Translations under genes and position numbers: made by a program
Origin: Perkinsela sp. CCAP 1560/9
Lineage: Eukaryota; Protista; Euglenozoa: Kinetoplastea
DNA length: 64,000 bases
Reading direction: 5' to 3'
NCBI GenBank assembly: GCA_965644495.1
Contig: CBFFSA010000009.1
Location: 434,001 to 498,000, forward strand
Notes under the pieces: model-generated
Told to the model about the DNA's origin: nothing
What the model saw: the letters and a program-made list of their open reading frames with translations, nothing else
Database searches by the model: none
In this document: one piece after another, positions 1 through 10,500 of the stretch
Layout of the letters: each line of letters opens with the position of its first letter
Position numbering within the stretch: position 1 is the first letter of the stretch

Positions 1-83
1 CAAAATGAGTGGATTACATGGGGGTCTGAATTCGCCAGAGATGAACGGGGGAGGAGAGCTCGCGTCGCAAGTTGACGAAGATC

Positions 84-629
84 TTCTCTGTTAATGAGAT
101 TTACACGATTTTAGAATGTACAGCCCATTAGGCGCACCTCGGAGCCCCAGAACACATACAGAGAACATCCAAAAAGAACAATTGCGAGTCGCGCAACTCG
201 ATTCACAGGTGTTCTGGAGCTCTAAAGTCAGGTCAAATAGGAATGAGCAAGCATACCACAAGGTTAAGCCATTCCTTGGTCGACAGCATGCGTAGGCGCA
301 TATAGACATCAATCAAGGCACAAGAAAGAGTTCCGCTAGTATTCATTTGAAGGTACATACTTCGTTTTTATGCATCAGTAAATTGTGTTTTTCGCCTAAA
401 AAATCTTACCTCGAAATTGCAAAAAAACTGTTCACATGTTCTTCTTTACTTGCATACGATCACACTTTTGTTACAAAGCCGATTGAGTCGGAAGCTCTGT
501 GGCAACATATACCTAGTACCCACGCATACACTACTCTGATATACTACTTCAATACACACGACACCTGGCCACAGGGAAACACCAACAACAAAAAAGTGTC
601 AAACATGTGAACAGTTTTTTTGCATACTG
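84..629 (+). mobile_element. Right end of a decayed Tc1/mariner-superfamily element (copy 1)
   Basis: Ends ...gcatACTG|TA at 629. An internal inverted copy of the terminal motif tgcaaaaaaactgttcacatgtt lies at 418-440. A degenerate Tc1 C-terminal peptide (SLVDSMRRRI..IKAQ) occurs near 270-325. Highly similar inverted copy at 28361-28937. Confidence 0.7.
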
Positions 630-814
630 TACATGCTTTCCCATCTTACCGACTTCCCCTTACCAATCTTTCCTGCTTTCCAGGGAGGGTAAGGTCTCCC
701 TCTGCTAGGAGGGGCAGACTTTCCCCTGACCATTCGCGCGCTCCGGACCGGGTCTTTCGACCTCTCCCGAGCCTGCATTGGGAACCCTTCCCTTGTTATA
801 CGGGAGGGCGCAGG

Positions 815-1590
815 TTTTTTTTTAACTGTTTGATATGTTAACCCCCCTAGGCCCACCGGAAGCCTACCCCCCCCTGGTCCTACCCCCTAACCCCGGGGTG
901 GTACCAGTCCTGTACCGCCGCCTGCACAATCTGGGCATTCCCTCTCTGGATGGCCACCCCGACGGCCATTAAGAGATGGGCGAGACACTCATTCTTCTCC
1001 GATGTGTGGGCCCGGGCCACCTTGTTGGGGAAGGTCAAGATTTCTGGGCCCGGGATCCCGTACGTGGAGAAGGCCAGAGGGTGGAATTCCATGCCCCTCA
1101 CCAGCGACATCCTCATGAGAGCGCCTTTTGTTGGCCTCAGCCATCCTCAGCGTGTGGGATGGCTCCGCGGCCTCCTTCTCCACGTACGACGGGGCCAGTG
1201 GGTTCACAACTGTGACGTCAACCAGGACGATCTTCCGTCCCAGCTGGAAACAGATGTCTGGCCCCCGCCCATTGTCGAACCTCGGTTCGTGGAGGTCCGG
1301 GTTGAACCCATAATGGACCAAGAGGTTCCGAAACGTCCCTTTGACTTCCTTATGGCGGGAGGCCTGAGTTTTCCCCTTCACCTTCTTGCAGTCCAGTGCG
1401 TGTACGCAAAACTCCTCATTGCTGAGGGTTGCACCGCACACGCACTGGAGCTCAGGCTCCGAGGTCGGGGCGACCAGGTACCGGAGGCGGCCCTGCTAAA
1501 TAGGGGGGGAAGGTGGTAGTTGTGGGGTATGGAGGCCTCTCGCAACTCCGGGGCTTCACCGGGAGCAAAGGTGAGCTTCCATAGCACCCC
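815..1590 (-). mobile_element. 3' fragment of a CRE/SLACS-like non-LTR retrotransposon (RLE endonuclease), frameshifted
   Basis: Overlapping ORFs 989-1441 and 880-1116 give a Cys/His knuckle (CGATL..HALDC), the RLE motif RGPD..DVTVVNP..AEANK, and FHPLAFSTYG..AIQRGNA. An A-tract follows at 815-823 (minus strand). Confidence 0.8.
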
Positions 1591-1632
1591 GCACCAACTT
1601 TTCGAAAATGTTGAAATCCGTGCCTAAAATTT

Positions 1633-1840
1633 TATGCATGTCAATGTGCTGTTATGCATGTGAATGTGCTATATGCATGTGAACGTGGATTTATGCATGT
1701 GAATGTGCCGCTTAATATGCATGTGAATGTGCATTATGCATGTGAATGTGCTGTTATGCATGTGAATGTGCTATATGCATTTGAATGTGCCGCTTAGTAT
1801 GCATTATAAACGTGCCGTTAATATGCATTATAAATGTGCT
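1633..1840. repeat. Minisatellite, unit about 18-23 bp (tatgcatgtgaatgtgc..)
   Basis: About 10 imperfect tandem copies visible directly. Confidence 0.9.
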
Positions 1841-2182
1841 AACGCCATTGTTCTCCATCACATCAGGGGAAACAGACAACTTCTTAATGACGCGACCCAC
1901 CGCAAGAAAAGCGCTCACAAATATGGGGGGTCATGATTGATATACATGCATCAACCATGCTCCTAGACTTAATACCCAAGGGGTTTCGTCCATTTAGGAC
2001 AGAATCGCTCCACTACGTGAGGATCTGCACATATTGACATAACATAACGTTGTACGAGAATGAGGGCTCACGAAGGGCTTCTTTTTCTTTCAATTATTCG
2101 TGGTTCAAAACTTCAACATGTAAATGGTTTGGCAGTACATGCAGCAACTTTAAACTAGTGTGTTGTCATTACAGAAGGTAAA

Positions 2183-2280
2183 TAAGTAGGCAAATAAAGA
2201 TACAGTTTCTGTACCTTGCTGGTACATTTTCGCTAGTTCATGTTTTCTTTCCCCGGAAACGGGCAATATCTTTTTGTGAG
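2183..2280 (+). ncRNA. Spliced-leader (mini-exon) RNA-like sequence, gene or pseudogene
   Basis: GATACAGTTTCTGTAC (2199-2214) + 7 nt ending TG + GTAC donor. The spacing matches the kinetoplastid SL exon/intron junction. A hairpin cccggaaacggg and a T-rich tract follow. The 5' half is divergent. Confidence 0.45.
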
Positions 2281-2333
2281 TATCGGTCAACGTCTCGTCA
2301 TGGCACACTCCCATAGCTGCTGTAATAGTTTTT

Positions 2334-2498
2334 ATTGCGTGGTTGTAAAACTACCGCTCTACCCTCGATTATTGAAAAAAATGTGAACAAAAACAGTGAA
2401 AATATAAAGAGGAACACAGTAATATAATAGAAGAAAAAAATATAAAAGGGGGCTACGGTGGTCGAAAACTGAAAAAAAAATTGAAAAAAATGGGGGGT
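2334..2498 (+). repeat. Dispersed hairpin-terminated repeat, copy A (empty site of the CRE insertion at 56238-59254)
   Basis: attgcg(g)tggttgtaaaactaccgctctaccctcgattattgaaaa..gtgaacaaaaacagtgaaaatata. Inverted copies at 53077-53149, 59255-59379 (+56190-56242) and 59611-59690. Confidence 0.8.
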
Positions 2499-2546
2499 CC
2501 ATGGGGGGGGTCCAGGGGGGGGTCCAGGGGGGGGTCCAGGGGGGGT
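2492..2546 (+). repeat. (TCCAG7-8)n G-run tandem repeat, potential G-quadruplex
   Basis: Five runs of 6-8 G separated by tcca/tccat. Confidence 0.85.
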
Positions 2547-2799
2547 GTAGACTAAAAAAGAAAATTGAAAAAAAAAGTGAACAAAAACAAAGGAAATATA
2601 AAGGGGAATAATTATGCGATAGAGAATTATTAGGAATTATTATAGCTTCTTCTCAGGGTGAAAATTGCCGATTTTTTTTATAACGCACGTGATGGTGAGT
2701 ATCTTTATCGTTTCCCATGCAACAAGTAAGTAGTAGATCTATAATAACTATTAATAATTCTGAATAATAGCCTAGTATTACAGACTTCAATTATTAATA

Positions 2800-3939
2800 C
2801 TGTCCCCCCTATTTACTATTGAGTGCTCAACCACCCCTATTTAGTGTTGAATTTTGGGGTCGGTGCGTATAGGCGCCGCGAAGCGGCGCTTAATTTCTTT
2901 TTCCCAAAACTTTTTTTTCTTATCTTTGCTTGTTATTTGTGATTGTTTACTCTCCCTCTCATTGATTTTTATAAATATAATTTATAACAAAAATGAAAAT
3001 TGATATTCATATTTATGTTTATAAAAATCAATGAGAAAGCTTCCCAAGGATACTGATTTTTGCATCGACTTTACATTAGTTAAGAGGTTACATTAGTCAG
3101 AGAAGCGCTCTTCCTAACAACAAATTTATCTAAAGAATTAACTACTGGTGGTAAATAAATTTACGAAGGCTTTTACAAAACAAAGGGGTGATCAGCACTT
3201 TCAGGGGAAATTATGTTCTCTATATTTTCATCTGCTGCATCAAGAACCGGTATTACTGTAAACAGTTCGCTCGCACGGCGAATCGCTTCAAGGATATTTT
3301 CTGGCTTATTTAGACTTTCCGGTGAAATTCCGACCTTACCCCACGCTTGAACATTGGCATGCCTCTGCCGATTATCGTTGAGGTGGGCGTACGTTTTGAT
3401 AATACTGTCAATAAGCTGTGCTTTGCTTATTTTTGCTCCGAAGAAGACCGAGTGTCACCGATTCGCTTTCCCACAGTGTATTGAGTCTGGCGGTATTTCA
3501 GTAAGGCCATGGCTCGATAGTATACAATAGTATATAATAGTTGTGGCTTCAAACGGTTAAAGAGACCCACATCGCAAGGCAGAAGTCTTCATGTGCACTT
3601 TGCTGGAATGTACACAATTCGCAACCATGAAAAAGTGTCTTCGTTGCGCGTGATAAGTGCAGAGCGTGTGGTATGTACAGAGCATCCAAGGATTTTGCTT
3701 ATCCAAGATAAGCAATCCAAAATAAAATATGTCTCCCCACAGGACTTTTATACAAATGCCCCACAGCGTTCATAAAGGCGTATCCCCAACCGAGTGAAAT
3801 AATACTACAATCATGGTTTTGAAAACAATAGGCCGCGAAGCGGCGCGCTTTTTTTTTGAGCGGAGGAGATTTCTTACCCCCCCCCTATTTGGTGTTGAAT
3901 TTTTCCGAATTTCACTCAACACTAAATAGGGGGGGACAG
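2800..3939. mobile_element. Non-autonomous pogo/Tc1-mariner-like element (1140 bp), copy 1
   Basis: TIRs ctgtcccccc(c)tattta and TA on both sides. Subterminal repeats cccctatttagtgttga. A remnant pogo-like C-terminal peptide (VQAWGKVGISP) lies on the minus strand. Inverted copy at 13456-14491. Confidence 0.85.
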
Positions 3940-4048
3940 TAATTATGCAGCTATGCACACTCCGTGGCTCGGGGGACAAACATTGGCCTGGGGGGCAAAC
4001 AGTACATGAAAACTAAACTCATTACATCTGTGCTCCGATATATTGCCA

Positions 4049-4984
4049 TCAACTGAGAAGAGTAATTCGAGTATTATCTACCCATGAAATCAATCCAGCG
4101 GGAAGATTAGCCTTGTTTAATACGCCAGATAGATCAGCATTATTTGATAAAAATAGAAACCGCATCGTGAGTGGAAAATTTCCGAAACGAAGTTCTCCTG
4201 AAAAATCATTGTCATTCAATGCAAGGCAATGCAATGACCTTGGGAATTCACGAATATGCACGGCACCAGTAAAACTGTTACCATGCAAATCAAGCACAAG
4301 AAGACTAGAAGGTAGGTTGCAAAAACTAACATTGCCAAAAAAATGATTACGATCAAGCTGTAGCCGTTTCAGACTTGCGGGAAGTGACGTTAAGTCCACG
4401 GTGCTCGAAAAATGGTTACACCCTAGAGTAAGTCTTGAAATAGTAACCGGAAGTGTACTCAAACATATTTCCCCCGCTAGTGCATTTTGGAACACGCTCA
4501 GCTCTCTCATACCAAATCGTAGGGAGGATAAGTCTAAGTTGCCCACAAAGGTATTCTTGTCGAGAATAAATTTTTCCAGCCCTTCAGGCAGGTTAGCTAG
4601 AGATACCTCACCCTTGAAGCCATTAATCCGGAGATTGCAATTTACAAGCCTATGAGGTAAATGAATCAAATGGAGCACTCCGCGGTAGTAATTCGTTGGC
4701 CCGAACGAGAAAGCATTATCCCAGCCTATTCCAGTCACTACACGGTGTTCGCTGCAGATGACACCATCCCACTCGCAGGCTGCGATTTCGACATTCCACG
4801 TCGCATGCGGATTCTCAATGTCTCGTATGCATTGCATGAGCTTAATTTCTTGAGGAAGATTGGCAGAATGAACCTTGGAAGGTTTCCGTAACACAGTGTC
4901 CTTCGTGTGACTAATCTTTTCATCCGAAATATTGCAGTCGAGAAAAAGTTTGCGCCGTTTAGGAGAAGGTTCTCGCAGATCCAT
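4049..4984 (-). CDS. Leucine-rich repeat protein (LPxxLxxLxLxxNxFxGxLDL family)
   Basis: 311 aa. N-cap ACEWDGVIC followed by about 8 LRR units. Confidence 0.85.
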   Translation of the reverse strand: MDLREPSPKRRKLFLDCNISDEKISHTKDTVLRKPSKVHSANLPQEIKLMQCIRDIENPHATWNVEIAACEWDGVICSEHRVVTGIGWDNAFSFGPTNYYRGVLHLIHLPHRLVNCNLRINGFKGEVSLANLPEGLEKFILDKNTFVGNLDLSSLRFGMRELSVFQNALAGEICLSTLPVTISRLTLGCNHFSSTVDLTSLPASLKRLQLDRNHFFGNVSFCNLPSSLLVLDLHGNSFTGAVHIREFPRSLHCLALNDNDFSGELRFGNFPLTMRFLFLSNNADLSGVLNKANLPAGLISWVDNTRITLLS

Positions 4985-6034
4985 GATACGTGAAAATGTA
5001 TTTCCAAACTTCTACTGACGATATTCATGATTCCTGGCACCTGCCCAACACTGATTCTTAAGCAAGTGTTTAAAAAGAAATTAATGTAATGATGTGTCCT
5101 TTTAAATCTAATGACGTTTGACATTAGCGTAAAGCAAAAAAAGTATAGGCCATGGAAGCGTTCGATGAAAAATTATGGAGCGGACAGCCTATTCGACATC
5201 AGTGTAGGTGTCACTGATGTTACCTATTCGCAGCTGGCTAATTAATATCGGCGGCAAAGTAGTTGGTCGGCACGACGACGAATGAGAGTTATCGTGGTTG
5301 TTGTCCCCTTTCAGGTTCCAAGCACACAATTCTTTGTTCGCTCTCTAATTGGGATGGGGGGTTGCGCAACTAATGGTTTCCCTTTTGTACATTAGGATGT
5401 CCAAAACTATTACTACCAGACAGGTGTCTGGTACCTACATCATATGGTACGTATATCATATGGACTCGGACACGCCTGCTGCATAAGGCATGTACCTATG
5501 ATAGTTCGACCCACAGTTCTCATATAGGGTACGAGCATACGGGCGGCATTGCACAAAGCACTATGTGGACCATAGTGTCAAGCGAACTTTTGATACTAGC
5601 TGAATATTTTCAGGAATAAACGCGAAAAAACAAGGTTGTTTCCTGAAAAGTACAACTGTGATAGATTTTGTGGAAGGTTCGCGACGTCCAGTTTTCTGCA
5701 GAATTAGTTCTAAGAACACTTCACTTTTCGCTATAAGAAAGGAAGAAATTCCAAAGTATTTCTAGAAAAAGTATTGTGTTCGACCAGGAAAAGTAGATAC
5801 AGGGCCGTTCGAGATTCACAGAGGAAAGATTTTATGAGCTACGTGACCACTTTTTGATTGATCTTTTTTGCAAAGTATTCAGATATACATAGAGAAGCTG
5901 AATCAACTATTAAAACCTCTTATTCGTAGTCTTCCGACCCCTGCATTTTTTTTCCATCACTTTTTCCTCGTTTTCTTAGGACGACAAAAAAAAATATTTT
6001 TTGACGACTTAAAAATTTCTTTTCTACTTTAACT

Positions 6035-7010
6035 ATGGAAAACCTTTACGACTCAGAATCCGATCCCGAAGTGGTTTCTCCTCCTGAATCTCAACAAAGC
6101 AATGAAGACTGTACATCTAGCGACAGTTACACGTGCACAACATTTGCCGAGGGCAATGATCCTGATTGGAATTCTGAGGACCTGTCCAGTGATGATTCAA
6201 CCACGAGTGACACGGAATCTAAGGATTTTATGGATTATATTACGAATCTGCGCTCCTGCGCGGAAATGCCTAATGCAGATACAAATTCTACCCATGCAGA
6301 CTCTCCCAAAGAAACACTTATCCAGGAAGATTTGCCTTTTGAACATGAATTGGTCAAAACGGTTTCAGAACTCAAGGAGTCATGCACTGCTTTCTCTCTG
6401 GTTGCTCCTCCGGACGATACAATACCCCCCTCGGCAAATCATATTTTTGAAGCGCCCTCCGTTCAGGAAACTCCTTTGATTTTCTGTTATGTGTCAATTG
6501 CGGAGCTCAATACATTGCGGCTTTGCGATATCTAAAACAGCAGCTTCCCCGCATCTTAGAGCAAAGAAGCCAGGAAGCCAGGAAAGCGGAGAACACAAAA
6601 GGCGGAAGACCGTGGAAGAAAAGAAATTTTAATCGGTTGGGATTACCCGTCATATGGAAGGGAAAGGATAGACTCACAAAGACTGGCGTTTTTACACTAA
6701 AAGTTTTACATTCCGCGGGTTTTTTCTCTCAAGCCGATTTGTGTCACATGTTGTCGTTAAATAGTGGCACGTGCAGTGTTCTCTTACGCAAAACAAATAC
6801 TTTTGTTGATCAGGAAATAAAAAGTGTAGTGTACGCGCAAAATTCTTTGAAGAATTGGGAACATTTCAATAAAGCTCAAGATCTTTTCGCGACCGTCATG
6901 GCGAAGCACAAAACTGTTATGGTGTGCTTTTGATGTAGATGGAATAGTATTGTGGCACTGGTGCGATGATCTTGAAGAGTTTTACTGTAAAGAACCTGCC
7001 AAAAGACCCT
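6035..7010 (+). pseudogene. Decayed PIF/Harbinger/ISL2EU (IS5-like) transposase N-terminal part
   Basis: Acidic N-terminus (6035-6535). After a frameshift: GGRP, an HTH-like SQADLCHMLSLNSGTCS, and after a second frameshift VDG..EFYCK, resembling the first catalytic Asp region. Possible 10-bp IR acccctgcat at 5937-5946 / 7226-7235. Confidence 0.5.
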
Positions 7011-7594
7011 TGAATAGTGGAATTGGGGGGAATATTACAAAGCAGTGATTCTTGAAAAGATGTGGAAACCGTAATCTTAAAAGAGCGTTTCTGAAGAATT
7101 TCTAAGATCGCACAACGCCAAAGTTGAATGTAAAAAACTGCACTTGTCATTTCGAGATCGCCTTGAGGAATGCAAGAGACTTGAAGGTAAAAAAACCAAG
7201 TACTGAGTAGTGATTCCCCTTCCTTATGCAGGGGTGGGTACGAAAATATGGGGGGGGTCAATACCGTTCATCCATTTTACACGTTACACTCCTCAAAGTC
7301 CTCCCAAGTATTTGTTTGATCAACTCTAAGCCCTCTATAAGTATGTAAGATGTTAAATCGCCAGAAAAGTAAGTGTCGAGAGGTCGATGGTTCATTTATC
7401 CTACCGAAATTTTCACAAATTTTATGTTTTTCCCTACGCCACACGTCGGGCACCTGGCAGCTTTTGTGTATATCTATAGTTGATTCAGTAAGCCTTCATC
7501 CTAAACTTCTCTTTTGCACCCTTTAAACGCAAAAAAAATTCTTCCGCGCCCAAAATAAACGTCCTTGGAAATGACCCTAACGGCCCTGTATTCG

Positions 7595-10500
7595 TTATTC
7601 TGCCAGCGAAAAAATCATGTCCCAGTCTTCACCAACCAAGACATGTACTTTTTCAGCAGTGAGCACATGTGAGACGTTTCGATCGTAGCGAAATTGAATA
7701 TTCCGTGTCCCATGTTCTTGGATTGCATCAATGACAGGAACCTCTGATTGAATTTCTTCCATGACGAGCTTTTCAGCGGGTATCGTAGCCTTCACAACTT
7801 CCACTCGACTTACATTGACCGGAGCGCCCAATATTATGATTTTCTCGAATACAAGTTTGCGGAACTCCGCTCCGTGCAGAGGATGCTGCAGTAGAGTGCG
7901 ATTCGTATGTGTATGGTGTGAAGTCGTGAAATTTTCTCGACTTTTTAGCTTTACAGCCGTCTCTCGGTTGGATAAACGCAATACAGTCGTATCCGAAGAA
8001 CCGTCTGCGTGTCTCCTGATCTCGCGCGTTAACTTGAAGCTTCGATGCACGAAATTCCCATCTCGATAAAGAAATGTTTCTCCATCGTCCTCATAAAGTT
8101 CTCCTTTCGCCAGCAATGTTATCTGCAAATCACGTGTGTCCCACTGCAAACATTTGTTTCCATGCCCTGCACTTTTCTCATCCTTTAGTACATGTTCTCC
8201 ATCAGGGTCAATGGTGAGAAGCAGCGTAAGAGGGTCTCGTCGCGAGGCAGCCGTACTCCGCCGTACCCCATAGCGTACCGGGAGAACGCTTCCCGCACGA
8301 AGAAACAACGGAATATCTTGGATCCCAACCGCACATTCCACATTTCCACCTCCTGCATATTGCACACCACTGGGGTAGACATACCAAACCAACGGCCTCC
8401 TCACCTGCGAAAATCCAACCGTTTCGTTTTCTCTCCTATCAATTTCATCTTCAACAGCCCGATTTCTCGTGTTATTCCCTTTATCCGACGCTTCGTACCG
8501 TTCCACGCCCCTTGGTAACGCGCAGGACACGGATCCCGCATTCGCACGTAACACAGGACACACCAACAACGCGCTCCCCACCATAAACAACGACTGCAGG
8601 TCCGCAAGATCCTTTTCCTGAGGAAATTCCACAAAAAGCGGTCGCATCAACGGCATCCCTTTTGCATGACATTCCACATACAACGTGGTATAAAAATAAG
8701 GAAGAAAAAAGTAGCGCCACTTGAGCGCTTGTCGAATCGCTGCCAGTGTGCGGGTGGGCTGATTTTTATCCGTTTTTGCTTCGGTATCCCAACTCCACGG
8801 CTCGCGTCGTTTCGTCTCGATATGCCCATGGGCGCGGCAAAACGGATAGAACGCCCCAAGCTGGTACCACCGGGTCGCGAGCTCGGGCCCGGGGTTGCCG
8901 AAGAACCCCGGGATGTCGGCCCCCACAAAGGGGAGATTGGAAACGGAGAGGGAGAGGAGCATGGGGAGGGATTGGGCTAAGTGGGACCAACTCGCGTGGT
9001 TGTCTCCGGTCCACACCGCCGCAAAGCGTTGGGTCCCCGCGAAGAAGCTCCGGGTGAGAAGAAAAGGACGGGGGAGGTAGGAGGGGGGGTGCGCGTTGCT
9101 GTTCCTTCTCCCGCTCTCCCAGGCGAGAGGACCCTCACCAAGATTCCCATCCCAATGGTTGCTCGAAGAAGAATAGGGGAGGGTCTTTTGATTTATAAAA
9201 AAGGAAAAGACGGAAGAATCGGATTGTTGCGCTCTTTGGTTTTGTAATGTGTTTTGCGACACAGAGGTTTGGATGGGGGTAGAAAAGGAAGGAGAGGGAG
9301 GTGCTCGAAGAAGATTACGCTGGAGTAATCCCTGGTACGTTGCCATGGTGTGGTAGAATCCGTACAAGTTGTGAACCTCGCGATGAGGCACAAGGTGTAG
9401 TGGCGCGGGATCGGAGGATGTATTCCCAGCATAATGTTTGGTCATGTTTGGCACGTCCGCGTTTTCAAACCCATTTTCTACGGGAGTATCATTCCGATGG
9501 AGGGAGTCCAGCAAGCTTCCGTGAGGGATAAGATGCAACGCAGATCCGTCCAACGTGCCATCCGGGCCGTCAAACACGCTGGGTTCATTCATATCTATCC
9601 AGGTATGCAGCGTAGGCGTTGAGCCGTGATATTTTTCATACGAGAACAGACTCGCATACCACGACCGAGCCTTTGGGTTGAGATAATCTATCCAACTACT
9701 CGAGCCTGGCCAGCACTTGCCCTCGTAGTCGACAAGGTCCGCGTGGAGCCGAGATTCGTCAACGCTTCTCTGCGTGCTGTCTTCTTCACTAGGAGGAACC
9801 GTGAGGGCTCCTTCCTTGTGCGTGGAAGACCTCCTGGCCGCGGTTTTCACGTAAAAGTTATTCCGCGTGGCTTCCTCATGAACAAAGAAATCCATGTCTC
9901 GTTTAATATGCGGATCTGTGATGGCAACCATGTAGCGTCCTTTTGCCGCCAGCGCGTGTTGCATTTTCTCGGGCTCCGGGAAGTTGTGCGTGTCCCAGGT
10001 GAAGTACTTTTTACGATCGGTGTGTTCAATGTCAAGCCAAAGCACGTCGTAGGGTAGATTATGTTCGTCAAATGTGGCATCGACTTGTAGCACATCCTCC
10101 ACGTCGTTGTAATTCCATCGGCTCTGATGATACCCAAGAGCAAAATACGGAGGAAGGAATGGCGCACCCGTAATTGACGCATGTTGAGAAAAAACCTCTT
10201 TCGGTGTCTGTCCGGGAAACATGAAGAAGTCCAGTATGCCTCCTCGACTTTTCCATAGAGTATGTTTCCCAAATCCACGACGTTGTGAACACGCGTCGGT
10301 TTCCTGAGCCTCACAGTCAGCCACTTTCCCACTCTCTTCGTTCGCGAGCGATTCAACGGTGACATTCGTATCCCCACCATGTAACCAGAGAAATCCGGAG
10401 TACGACGTGTGAACTGTTGAATCCTGTGGCGTGTTCTCTTGCTGGCGAGCCATCACAAAGGGAATACTACCATACAGAGGGCCTGGGTCGTGTAGCTTAT

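Noticed and set aside
418-624. Independent 207-bp MITE defined by a 23-bp inverted repeat
   Set aside because: No TSD; better explained as an internal inverted copy of the terminus of the larger element ending at 629.
810-823. Bacterial rho-independent terminator
   Set aside because: Eukaryotic context; the T-run is better explained as the retroelement A-tract.
1633-1840. CRISPR-like array
   Set aside because: Tandem units lack unique spacers, there are no cas genes, and the context is eukaryotic.
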